A stretch of DNA of 36,603 bases, taken from a virus (lineage: Duplodnaviria; Caudoviricetes). The notes under the pieces were generated by a model that saw only the letters and a program-made list of their open reading frames with translations, made no database searches and was not told the origin of the DNA. Both the position numbers and the translations under genes were made by a program. The stretch covers positions 1 to 36,603 of the IMG/VR virus record IMGVR_UViG_3300020042_002318; one strand, written 5' to 3'. Of the stretch, positions 8,585-17,388 are shown in pieces (position 1 is the first letter of the stretch; each line of letters opens with the position of its first letter).

Positions 8585-10707
8585 TGGCTAATATTTCTGA
8601 TTTATCTATTGATGAGCTTAAACGCAAGTTAGCAAATAACGAATATATTGGCTATGCTGAAAAGTCAGTACTAGATACTTCTCCTACTTCGTTTACTGAT
8701 ATTGCAAAAAATACTCTTGAGTCTGTTGCAAAGGGTTCAGCTAAAGGAATTATTGATTTAGTTGGTGGCTATGAATCATTGTATAACTATCTTCAGGCTG
8801 ATAAAAATCCTGAAGCATTTAAACCTTCAAGAATTTTAGGTGCAATAAAAAATATTACTGGTATTAATTTAGAATCGGCACCATACACAACACCATATAA
8901 TATTGCAGCAGCTGGCGCACCCGCCGCAGCGCTAACCGCCGTTGGTGTTCCCGGTTTATTTAAAGGTGGTCCTGTTTCTGCCCCAGCTAAAGAATTTGCT
9001 GTTGCTGGTGCATTGGGCGGTGCAGCTCCATTAATCACTGAATCACCTTTCGGTCAAGCAGCAATTCAAATTAGTCCTTATGCGGCTAAGGGTGGTTTTA
9101 CAAGTATCCAAGGCGCAGCAATGCGTCCACAAGGAGCATTCCCGCCTGCATCTGAAACTCAAGCATTATTAAATGTTGGTCCTATGACACCGGGACAGTT
9201 AACATTAAATCGCCAACAACTTGCAACTGAAGCCCGTGTTGCTGCTTCTCCAAAAGCTGCTGAAGCTCCGGGATTCTTTAAACAACAGGCAGAATCTGTA
9301 CAAACCTACTTAGACGATTTGTTTACTAGGTCTACTCAAAAAACATTAAATCCTGAAGACTTAACTCAATCGGTATTGACATCTTTTCAAAACTATGGAA
9401 AAGCGTTGTCTACAAGATTGCGCTCTGATGCAAATAAAGATTTCAATGCAGCCAAGAGAGCTGGTGGAGAAATCAATACACAACCTGTACTTGATGTTGT
9501 ACAAACTAGGCTACAAGGTATTCCTCCAGAAACACCCGGTTTTGAGGGCTTACGCAGTGCATTAGGTCGAATTGCAGATGAATTTACTATTCCAGAAGTC
9601 CCAGCTTCAGTAACTCCTAGTGCCATTATTGGTCCAACAGGACAGCCTGTGGATGTTAAGGTTGTTCCCGGAACACCTGCTCAAGCACAGAAAATTAGCA
9701 TTGATAGACTTCAAAAGAATCTATCGGCATGGGGCGAAGCCGCTTATAGCGGTAAAGCAGATTTTGGAAAAGGTAATATATTTGAAGGTGTTGCTCCCGG
9801 ACAAGCTAAAGCAATTTCACTTGATGTGTTGCGTGGATATAAACAAGCCCTAGATGATGCAATTCAAAGCGGAGTTCCCGGAGCCGATAAATTAGTTCAA
9901 GCTCGTGATAATTTTGCAGGTAATATTAGACGAATTGAGGAATTTGCTAATCGTCCATTAGTTAAATCTTTTGATGTTGAAAGAGCAACGGATTTGGTTC
10001 CAGAACAAGTTATCACTAAGTTAAAAACTGCACCTGAATCACAACGAGCCATTCTACTTGATGTCTTACAAAATAATCCCGATGCGTCTGTTATTTTAGA
10101 TACTATTAGAAGGTCTACTTTTGATGACATTTTAAACAAAGCAAAAGCAACTGGTGCCGCAGCTACTGCACCTGAATTTAATATTGATGTTGCTTTAAAA
10201 GAACTTAATAAGAAAGAGAATGATTTTAACTTCTTATTTAAGACTAAACAAGAATTGAATGACGCAAGATTAGTATTAAACTACATGAAAAGAGCTGTAC
10301 AAAGTGAAACAGGTGGAGCAGCTACTGGAATGGCAGGAAGCACCGCTTATGCTACTACTAAAGCTCTTGGCGGAAACACGCAGTTAGCCAACGCAACAAA
10401 AGAGTTAACTGATGTTATTAGAGATAAGATAACTAATTCTGCTGATTTTTCTGCAGTGTTGTTTAATCCTGATTCTAAAGATGCGCTGTTAAAACTAGCT
10501 AAAGGTCGAACAACTTTAGGTGTTGTTAAAGATGCAACAAAAGTAATTGGTAAAACTGCTGGAATTGTAGCTCTTCGAGGTGGTCCAATGTTGTCCGTTG
10601 AACAGGCTCCAACAGAAGCTGTCAACGCCCAGCCACAAACTGGCGCAGTTTCAATTGAGTCGTTATCTGTTGATGAACTTCAACGATTGTTAGAAGAACA
10701 ACAATAA
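8584..10707 (+). CDS. Internal virion / ejection protein 3
   Basis: 707 aa, Ala-rich helical, TAATG coupling, synteny. Confidence 0.6.
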   Translation: MANISDLSIDELKRKLANNEYIGYAEKSVLDTSPTSFTDIAKNTLESVAKGSAKGIIDLVGGYESLYNYLQADKNPEAFKPSRILGAIKNITGINLESAPYTTPYNIAAAGAPAAALTAVGVPGLFKGGPVSAPAKEFAVAGALGGAAPLITESPFGQAAIQISPYAAKGGFTSIQGAAMRPQGAFPPASETQALLNVGPMTPGQLTLNRQQLATEARVAASPKAAEAPGFFKQQAESVQTYLDDLFTRSTQKTLNPEDLTQSVLTSFQNYGKALSTRLRSDANKDFNAAKRAGGEINTQPVLDVVQTRLQGIPPETPGFEGLRSALGRIADEFTIPEVPASVTPSAIIGPTGQPVDVKVVPGTPAQAQKISIDRLQKNLSAWGEAAYSGKADFGKGNIFEGVAPGQAKAISLDVLRGYKQALDDAIQSGVPGADKLVQARDNFAGNIRRIEEFANRPLVKSFDVERATDLVPEQVITKLKTAPESQRAILLDVLQNNPDASVILDTIRRSTFDDILNKAKATGAAATAPEFNIDVALKELNKKENDFNFLFKTKQELNDARLVLNYMKRAVQSETGGAATGMAGSTAYATTKALGGNTQLANATKELTDVIRDKITNSADFSAVLFNPDSKDALLKLAKGRTTLGVVKDATKVIGKTAGIVALRGGPMLSVEQAPTEAVNAQPQTGAVSIESLSVDELQRLLEEQQ

Positions 10708-10718
10708 GAATATGAACT

Positions 10719-11162
10719 ATGTCAGACCAATTTGGGTTTCTCGAAGGAGCAAAGTCTGTAACAAGTAGTATGGATGCCAGCCGTCAGGCTAGTAAGTCCA
10801 TTACCAAGAGCATTACTGATGTACAAAAAGATGCTGTAGATGTTGCTCAACAGCGTCTAAACGAACGCCGTAGAGAACAGTATGTCCATGCAGACAGTAC
10901 GATTGTATCTGCTGTCAACGAGTGGGAACGCTTACTACGAGCAAAACAAACTGAAGAACAACTACAACGAGACATTATTCGTCAACACGGTAAAGCTGCG
11001 TGGGCGGAGATTCAACAGATAAAACAACGACAATTGAAAGAGAAAGATAATGATAAAAAGTTTTTTAGCGAAGAAGTTAATAAAGTTAAAAGAGTTATGG
11101 TTATCTGCTATATTGTGGCTGCGTGGATTGCTTGGTATTTAACTTGGGGGATTAAAAAATAA
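10719..11162 (+). CDS. Coiled-coil protein with C-terminal TM helix, lysis-cassette associated
   Basis: 147 aa ending VMVICYIVAAWIAWYLTWGIKK; coupled to holin. Confidence 0.55.
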   Translation: MSDQFGFLEGAKSVTSSMDASRQASKSITKSITDVQKDAVDVAQQRLNERRREQYVHADSTIVSAVNEWERLLRAKQTEEQLQRDIIRQHGKAAWAEIQQIKQRQLKEKDNDKKFFSEEVNKVKRVMVICYIVAAWIAWYLTWGIKK

Positions 11163-11575
11163 TGTTACCATTAATGGCGCTATTTGATGTTGGGATGAAA
11201 GTCCTAGATAAATTCATTCCTGACCCTGAAGCTAAGGCTAAGGCTCAGAAAGAGTTGCTACAGATGCAGCAAGAAGGCAAACTAGCTGAGCTTAACGCTG
11301 ATATGAATGAGCAGAACAATGTATCAGACCGCTGGAAAGCTGACCTTGCTAGTGATTCTTGGTTGTCTAAGAATATACGACCTATGTCTTTAGTAGCTAT
11401 CTTTGTAGGATACTTCTTATTTGCGATGATGTCAGCATTTGGCTACGATGCTAAGGAATCGTATGTCAATCTACTAGGTCAATGGGGTATGCTTATTATG
11501 AGTGCATACTTTGGTGGTCGTACTCTAGAGAAGATTATGGATATGAAAGCGAAGAAAGATGAACCTAAGCAATAA
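11162..11575 (+). CDS. Holin (3TM / GTA-type)
   Basis: LDKFIPDPEAKAKAQ, SDSWLSKNIRP, YFGGRTLEK motifs, hydrophobic helices, precedes lysin. Confidence 0.85.
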   Translation: MLPLMALFDVGMKVLDKFIPDPEAKAKAQKELLQMQQEGKLAELNADMNEQNNVSDRWKADLASDSWLSKNIRPMSLVAIFVGYFLFAMMSAFGYDAKESYVNLLGQWGMLIMSAYFGGRTLEKIMDMKAKKDEPKQ

Positions 11576-11993
11576 CTTTACCTTAGAAGAGTTAACTCAC
11601 TCTGAAGTAGCAGAGCGTAAGAACCTAGATAATACCCCTAACGCTACAGAGATTGCTAATCTAACTCGATTGGCAGCCTTGCTAGAGCAAGTTAGAACCC
11701 TCCTAAACAAGCCAATCATGATTAACTCTGGCTTTCGCTCTAAACCAGTCAACGACTCTGTCGGTAGCAAGGACACTAGCCAGCATAGGCTAGGTTGTGC
11801 TGCTGATATAAGAGTCCCCGGAATGACCCCTAAACAGGTCGTAGAGGCGTGTATTGCTGCGGATATAGCCTACCATCAAATCATCGAAGAATTCGGCTCT
11901 TGGACGCATCTGAGCGTTCCTAACAGCCCTTCTGACACACCGAAGAAACAAGCCTTAATTATTGATAAGGCTGGTACTAGGAATTTCGTGTAA
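11559..11993 (+). CDS. Endolysin, peptidase M15A-like Zn peptidase
   Basis: LSNNFTLEEL, INSGFRS, SQHxxGxAAD and WTHLS zinc-ligand motifs. Confidence 0.9.
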   Translation: MNLSNNFTLEELTHSEVAERKNLDNTPNATEIANLTRLAALLEQVRTLLNKPIMINSGFRSKPVNDSVGSKDTSQHRLGCAADIRVPGMTPKQVVEACIAADIAYHQIIEEFGSWTHLSVPNSPSDTPKKQALIIDKAGTRNFV

Positions 11994-12042
11994 CAGAATG
12001 TCGGTATTTATTAACATTTACAGACAATTTGTACATTATCAG

Positions 12043-12071
12043 AAACAAAAAAGAACCCCGCCGAAGCGGGG
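12043..12071 (-). terminator. Rho-independent terminator of the replication arm
   Basis: Minus strand CCCCGC-TTCG-GCGGGG followed by TTCTTTTTTGTTT, just past the RNR stop. Confidence 0.9.
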
Positions 12072-12093
12072 CTATAAAGACACGACTTAGGAA

Positions 12094-14001
12094 TTATATT
12101 TCACATCCGTTTGCAGTACAGCTCAAAGTCTGAGCGCCTTCAACATTATCGTCATACTCTTTAAAGTTCTCCCAGTCTACGGCATTGGGAACTAAGGCTT
12201 TTAACTTGTTGTAAGTCTCTTCATCACACTCTTCATAAGGTGCTTGCTTGTAAGTGCCACCATCCATCGGTAGGAAAGACACTCCAGTCACTTCATCAAA
12301 GTGTTTAAACACCCACGCACCGACATCCATCCATTCGTCTTCACGCACTGAGATTGTGACAGATGGCTTATGCTCACAGTAGTGTCGCTGGAACAGTAAC
12401 CACAGGCGTAAGTGCTGAATTGCTGTCAAATCCTCACGCAATAGACCACCATCATCTACCTTAACTGGAAAGCTAAAGACAGTTGTAGAGTCTGGTTTAA
12501 GATAGCAAGGCTCACCAACAAAGCCAGAGGAGAGCATAAACTGTGTTAATGGGTCTTTGTTATCAGCCCTAACACGCCGTATGTAATACTTGCTATGTTG
12601 AGGATGAATCCCAGAAGCAGTACTGCAAAGCTGAGAAACGGTTCCTTCTGGTTTGACAGCAGTAACCGCCACAGACTGATTAATACCAATAGCTGCAGCA
12701 AATTCAATGTTAGTAGTGATAGCCACATCTCGTAGTCTCTCCAATCGTGCAGGTAAGTCTTCATCATCAGGGTTATTCAATAGCGGATTATCACAGATGC
12801 CAGTCATCGAGACACCTAAGAGCGCCTCTTCCTTAGTGTTCTTTTCCCAAATCTTACGCAAGTAAGGAAACTCTGTTAGCGATGCTTGGAATGTACCAAG
12901 AATCGTTGCCAAGCGAATCTTATTCTCCAAGGTAGATACAGTATCGTAGCTACGAACAATACAACTGGAAAGATTACAAAACTGGTAAGGACGAAGGATA
13001 ATTTCACTACAAGGGTTAGTGCCAAAAGCATAGGTTTCGTCTCTGCGACCATTCTTTGCTGCCTGTTTCTGAGATGCTTCACGATTAAATATTCCTCGCT
13101 CTCCAGAGTGTGATTCATAGATACTTGTCCATTCACGCATAAACTGCCCGATACCGGGGGTTTCAGTATAGGTAGCAGAGTTATTAGCCAAGGCTCGGTG
13201 TCCATGTCCTTCCCACCATGCTCCTGCTTTAGCGTGTGCCATCTTATCGTCTGACAAATCAGACAGACTAATCATTGCACTCCGTCTGACTCCACCCACA
13301 ACAACAACTTCCCCGATTTTACAGAGAATATCGTGACACTCAATGGATGACAAACGACGACCAGTTGCCCCTCTAAACTTGGCAATAGTGAACTTAAAAA
13401 GTTCTTCCAAAGGTCCGGGTCCAGAAGCACGACCTCCGAATACTCTGAGTCTAGCCCCTGCAGGTCTAACTTTGGATATGTCATACCTTGGCACTTCACC
13501 AGAATATAATAAAGCAATGAGCTGTCTAAGTGATTTAGCCCATCCTTCTTTAGAATCCGACACAACAACAGTAGTTTGACTAGCGTACAACTCATCAGGG
13601 ACTTCAGGTAATTTAGAAACATATTGTTGCTCCACAGAAAAACCAACACCAGTGCCACAAAGAAGAATGTACATTGCTTCGTCAAAGGCTTTGGGGTCGT
13701 CGATTGGTAAATATGAACAGTTAAAGGCGGCAACATTCTGCCGTTCTAGTGCTTGTCCTGCTGTCATCACTGCTCTCATGGATGGTACAACTTCAAGATT
13801 AACAACAGCAGTTTCTAACTCTTTGCGTAACTCAGGTGATAGGGTATAGTTTTGTTTCTTTTGTAAATGCTCTGTCATGAAATCAAAGTATCTTGCTACT
13901 GTTTCATTCCAGTGTTCTCTACGACCTTTATTATCTAAATAGCGACTGTAACGGCTCTTAGCAATAAAAGTGTTATAGGGACTCATTGTGTATTGTGTCA
14001 T
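12094..14001 (-). CDS. nrdJ: Class II (adenosylcobalamin-dependent) ribonucleotide reductase
   Basis: PSMR, FNC, GxGVGFSVE, VVGGVRRSA, TNPCSEI, TAVKPEGTVSQL, C-terminal CTANGCEI cysteines; no small subunit gene. Confidence 0.92.
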   Translation of the reverse strand: MTQYTMSPYNTFIAKSRYSRYLDNKGRREHWNETVARYFDFMTEHLQKKQNYTLSPELRKELETAVVNLEVVPSMRAVMTAGQALERQNVAAFNCSYLPIDDPKAFDEAMYILLCGTGVGFSVEQQYVSKLPEVPDELYASQTTVVVSDSKEGWAKSLRQLIALLYSGEVPRYDISKVRPAGARLRVFGGRASGPGPLEELFKFTIAKFRGATGRRLSSIECHDILCKIGEVVVVGGVRRSAMISLSDLSDDKMAHAKAGAWWEGHGHRALANNSATYTETPGIGQFMREWTSIYESHSGERGIFNREASQKQAAKNGRRDETYAFGTNPCSEIILRPYQFCNLSSCIVRSYDTVSTLENKIRLATILGTFQASLTEFPYLRKIWEKNTKEEALLGVSMTGICDNPLLNNPDDEDLPARLERLRDVAITTNIEFAAAIGINQSVAVTAVKPEGTVSQLCSTASGIHPQHSKYYIRRVRADNKDPLTQFMLSSGFVGEPCYLKPDSTTVFSFPVKVDDGGLLREDLTAIQHLRLWLLFQRHYCEHKPSVTISVREDEWMDVGAWVFKHFDEVTGVSFLPMDGGTYKQAPYEECDEETYNKLKALVPNAVDWENFKEYDDNVEGAQTLSCTANGCEI

Positions 14002-14003
14002 TG

Positions 14004-14159
14004 TTATTTAACTTCCTGTTCTAGTTTATCGGCGTGTTCTTCAATCTTGTCAGAAAACATTTGGACGATTTCTTCACTACTAATCTCTAACAACTCTAGC
14101 AGTGTGATTTCGTCCAGTTCTTTAAGACGCTCTTTAATCTCGTGCAGCAATAAGGGCAT
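14004..14159 (-). CDS. Small acidic helical protein (51 aa); not in ORF track
   Basis: MPLLLHEIKERLKELDEITLLELLEISSEEIVQMFSDKIEEHADKLEQEVK fills the gap between DUF3310 and RNR. Confidence 0.7.
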   Translation of the reverse strand: MPLLLHEIKERLKELDEITLLELLEISSEEIVQMFSDKIEEHADKLEQEVK

Positions 14160-14439
14160 CTTGTTCTTTCTTTATGAGGTAATCCAAATAGTGGCGGGCT
14201 TTCTCTAGGTCTTCAACTCCATTCTTGAATTTATAGCGAAGGATGTATTTTACCACATTTCCTGCCCAGTAGTCAAGACCCCATTCTTCAATGATTTCCC
14301 AAGGCTGGTGCGCTCGTTTGTAGTGATTGCCACCGACCTGTCTTGAAAGAACATCGCCGGGGTCTTCCATACCTGCCTCATAGGATGTTAATACTTCGTA
14401 ACCATAGTGTGCTGGCATTGCAATTGGGTTATCATGCAT
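14134..14439 (-). CDS. DUF3310 / T7 gp1.7-like nucleotide kinase family protein
   Basis: QVGGNHYK...GNVVKYILRYxxKNGVEDLEKARHYL. Confidence 0.85.
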   Translation of the reverse strand: MHDNPIAMPAHYGYEVLTSYEAGMEDPGDVLSRQVGGNHYKRAHQPWEIIEEWGLDYWAGNVVKYILRYKFKNGVEDLEKARHYLDYLIKKEQDALIAARD

Positions 14440-15175
14440 ATTGTTTTATCTCTACTGATTTTTTAAATGACTTTGTTCCTTGAGACCATGTTCCGCAATC
14501 TTTACATTGATAGCGTTGATACGCTCCTGTAATAGATATAGCATTGCCTCGTCTTTGCAGATTCGTCGAAGCACAATTAGGGCAATGGTGTCCATCCAAG
14601 AAGAGATTGTGATTAGGATGATTCCGAACCCAAGGAAGAAGAGTGCTATACAACGACTCAAGTAAAACGACATCTTGTATATTATACTTCTCCATACGCT
14701 TCCAAGCATCTTTATCTCCGTTCATGCACTTAACCCACAACTCATGTCCTTCGTGTTCGTGTTTCTTTCCTAATCCTAAGCGTTGTGCTACATAGTCCAG
14801 CTTGTTACTAGGAAACCTAAAGTTGCTACGAACAACACGCAGTAGGTCAATTTGTTTATAAGGCGATGGTGGATTAAAACGATGTAGTAAGAATTCTTTG
14901 TTAAGAGTAGGAATATCAAACTTAGTACCATTATAGTGAACCACAGCATCTGCGTCGTTGAGAAGACCATGAATTCCTTTCAGCATCGTCTTAGGTCGGG
15001 ACTGGTGTACAGAATCAAACAGTATCTCTTTCTGTCCTAGCCACTTTGCTGCGTAGCATAGGACATAAGAAGACTCCATCAACTGGTTGATACTGACATT
15101 CTGTTGCCACAGTCCCCAGACATGAGCAGTGTTTGGGCTTGACTCAATGTCTAAGAGAAGTATTTTCAAGACCAT
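14432..15175 (-). CDS. RNase H-fold DEDD exonuclease (YprB-like) with C-terminal Zn ribbon
   Basis: LLLDIE, HYNGTKFDIP, YNIQDV, CPNC...CKDC. Confidence 0.85.
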   Translation of the reverse strand: MVLKILLLDIESSPNTAHVWGLWQQNVSINQLMESSYVLCYAAKWLGQKEILFDSVHQSRPKTMLKGIHGLLNDADAVVHYNGTKFDIPTLNKEFLLHRFNPPSPYKQIDLLRVVRSNFRFPSNKLDYVAQRLGLGKKHEHEGHELWVKCMNGDKDAWKRMEKYNIQDVVLLESLYSTLLPWVRNHPNHNLFLDGHHCPNCASTNLQRRGNAISITGAYQRYQCKDCGTWSQGTKSFKKSVEIKQYA

Positions 15176-15474
15176 TCCTTGTCTTCATCAGACTTCTCAA
15201 GGTCGAGTTCTTGCTGAGTATCAGGATTTTCAATACTATACTCTGCTGCTCGTGATAACATATATCCATGATTGCTAATAAACCGAAGTTTGTTTTTTAC
15301 ATCATAGCCATAAATGCCACTTAGGAAGTCTGCAAAGTCAAGCATTATTGCAGTCCATTCTGTGTCTGAAGAGTGAGACACCGTCATCTCCATAGATTTC
15401 TCTTTCGGATAACCATATTGTGTGCCTTCGTCATCGTACTCAGACTCAAAGCTAAATCGATAAGTATTACTCAT
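15166..15474 (-). CDS. Hypothetical acidic protein
   Basis: 102 aa, AAGGA RBS, FADFLSGIYGY motif. Confidence 0.65.
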   Translation of the reverse strand: MSNTYRFSFESEYDDEGTQYGYPKEKSMEMTVSHSSDTEWTAIMLDFADFLSGIYGYDVKNKLRFISNHGYMLSRAAEYSIENPDTQQELDLEKSDEDKEWS

Positions 15475-15486
15475 TGTATTTCCTTT

Positions 15487-15819
15487 CTATCTTGCCATTA
15501 AATTAAATAAAACTTCTGCGTCAATTACTGCTAAAGGTTTACTGCCATTCTGCTTCACAATAACAATCGGTTCATAATCACCGTGAGACTGTGCTTGTTC
15601 ATAATACTTGTATACTGCAACTTTTGCTAGTGATTTACATTCAATTGATGCTGGAATTTCATCTTTAGCAAATTGAGACATAACAATGTCTTCACCGTGA
15701 CTGCCCATCGGACAACTGCGTAAGTCTAGTTCGCTTAGTTGCGGATACCTTTTTAGTAACTCTTTTACTACCCACTTTTGTAGGTTTCGTCCCTTTGCTT
15801 TCGCTGACTGTGGCTTCAT
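15487..15819 (-). CDS. Holliday junction resolvase-like PD-(D/E)XK nuclease
   Basis: SAKAKGRNLQ, GEDI, IECK motifs. Confidence 0.8.
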   Translation of the reverse strand: MKPQSAKAKGRNLQKWVVKELLKRYPQLSELDLRSCPMGSHGEDIVMSQFAKDEIPASIECKSLAKVAVYKYYEQAQSHGDYEPIVIVKQNGSKPLAVIDAEVLFNLMAR

Positions 15820-16042
15820 TTAATACCTTTCTATCTTTAATCCATGCTTTCGGAATATGCATCCGAGCGTTTGTTTCTGTATCAGACCATGTGGATGCAA
15901 TACAGATAGCTTCATCGGTTTCATGGACAAGAAAACCAACAGTAATACACTGGTGAATCTCGGCTTTAGCTTTCTCTTCCCATCCGGAATCAGCAACAGC
16001 ATCAATCCATGAGAGTTGAATTATATCTGGGGTAACTGCCAC
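15692..16042 (-). CDS. Hypothetical phage protein
   Basis: WIDAxxDSGW...CITVGFL...IPKAWI pattern; C-terminus runs into resolvase gene. Confidence 0.65.
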   Translation of the reverse strand: MAVTPDIIQLSWIDAVADSGWEEKAKAEIHQCITVGFLVHETDEAICIASTWSDTETNARMHIPKAWIKDRKVLNEATVSESKGTKPTKVGSKRVTKKVSATKRTRLTQLSDGQSR

Positions 16043-16701
16043 AGTTCATTTTCCTTTCGTTGTAACCACAATAGTTGTCCATTTTCTAATACACGCTTCT
16101 CATCGCCGTCATATGCTTTTAAGACAGCAGTGTAGAGTTCTGTTTCATTGGTACAGTCTGCTAGTATCTTCTTTGCCTTCACAGGTCCAATGCCTTTTAA
16201 TCCAAGGATATTGTCAATTCTGTCGCCAGTTAATATCTGTGTATAAAAAGCCACTAAGCCGTCAAACTCTGAGACATAATACTTTTGTTGCTTGCGATAG
16301 TTATAATGCCAACCTCTAAACTGATTCAAGTCTTTGTCAATATGAACCATGATAGATTCATCTTCTGATACCGCATAAGCAGCGATGCCAACCGCATCAT
16401 CGGCTTCAATGCCAGTCACTACAGTAAAGCCCCAAGAGTTCACTAAATGGTCTCTAAGTGCTTGAAAATGCACAGGTTTCTCTGTAGTGCGTTGTCCTTT
16501 GTAGGGCGCAGTTACCGCTAAAGTATCTCGAAAGTTACCTTTTCCGGTTAGGAAACCTTGGTAATCTTCACATTCTAAATCCATACACAACTCAACCATC
16601 GTCTGCTCAAGTCGTGCAATAGCAATAGGCTCCTCTACATCGTTGCTAGAGAAGCCTACTGCGTAGATTAACGAATCAGCGTCAATCAGTGCTGTTATCA
16701 C
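16021..16701 (-). CDS. 5'-3' exonuclease (T7 gp6-like)
   Basis: LIDAD, YKGQR, EADD, DKDL, GDRIDNILGLKGIGPVKA. Confidence 0.92.
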   Translation of the reverse strand: MITALIDADSLIYAVGFSSNDVEEPIAIARLEQTMVELCMDLECEDYQGFLTGKGNFRDTLAVTAPYKGQRTTEKPVHFQALRDHLVNSWGFTVVTGIEADDAVGIAAYAVSEDESIMVHIDKDLNQFRGWHYNYRKQQKYYVSEFDGLVAFYTQILTGDRIDNILGLKGIGPVKAKKILADCTNETELYTAVLKAYDGDEKRVLENGQLLWLQRKENELWQLPQI

Positions 16702-17114
16702 AGAATGTCGTCATCCATGTTTTCGTCAGCAGCATCGCCATCGGCGTTGTATTTGACTAAATCAGTGATGACAATCTTTGCCAATGAAGCCGACACACCA
16801 TTCTTGTTCTTCCACTTCCACTCGTAAGGCTTGATGAGTGCAACTGCTTTAGAACCGTTACCAACAGTGTCCTTGATTTCATTACCAGCTTTATCATAAG
16901 GCTGGATAGCATAGTTTGACTTAACAGTCAAGAACCAACCCTTCTCAGGTTTGTCTTCACGCTTGCGTGGTGCAAGACCAATCGACTCTAATGCTTGAAC
17001 AGCGTTGTCTGAAAGATTGGCTAAGTCGCATTGGAACTTACCACTCATCTCATTGACACGGTCAAAGAAAGCCCACTGAACTTCTGCTTGAATTTTTACT
17101 GGTTTCATTTCCAT
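16698..17114 (-). CDS. Single-stranded DNA-binding protein (T7 gp2.5-like)
   Basis: VGNGS motif, acidic tail ending in hydrophobic residue (DENMDDDIL), AAGGAG RBS. Confidence 0.75.
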   Translation of the reverse strand: MEMKPVKIQAEVQWAFFDRVNEMSGKFQCDLANLSDNAVQALESIGLAPRKREDKPEKGWFLTVKSNYAIQPYDKAGNEIKDTVGNGSKAVALIKPYEWKWKNKNGVSASLAKIVITDLVKYNADGDAADENMDDDIL

Positions 17115-17157
17115 CTTACTCTCCTTATCTACTACGGTTTAGAAATACTGCTTGGTT

Positions 17158-17200
17158 ATTATACAACAACTTACAACTATTTGATTCCATAATGTGATAA
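17158..17200 (-). promoter_or_regulatory. Putative ssb promoter: TATAAT -10, no -35 consensus, imperfect 17-bp palindrome at/above -35
   Basis: ATTATA at 17158-17163; ATTCCATAATGTGATAA at 17184-17200. Confidence 0.5.
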
Positions 17201-17202
17201 AC

Positions 17203-17388
17203 TTATTGTAAAGTTTGGGTGCTGTAATCAATACTGGCTTCGAGTGTTCCATCTTCAATATCAAGCAATGCGTCCTTTAATAATTCATAGGTCTCGTCAA
17301 TGTCAAAGGATGACTCTAGACTATATGTACCATCTTTGTACGCAGTCACTAAAGTCATGCCTAATATGTTTTCTTTATCTCTATCCAT
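17203..17388 (-). CDS. Hypothetical acidic protein
   Basis: 61 aa, TAATG-coupled to polymerase stop. Confidence 0.6.
   Translation of the reverse strand: MDRDKENILGMTLVTAYKDGTYSLESSFDIDETYELLKDALLDIEDGTLEASIDYSTQTLQ

Noticed and set aside
11997-12018. AATGT-N12-ACATT dyad between lysin and terminator
   Set aside because: Single short AT-rich dyad with no promoter context; could be chance
15692-15819. 128-bp overlap of hypothetical gene with resolvase as deliberate dual coding
   Set aside because: The tail lies beyond the recognisable motif and looks like incidental stop-codon drift
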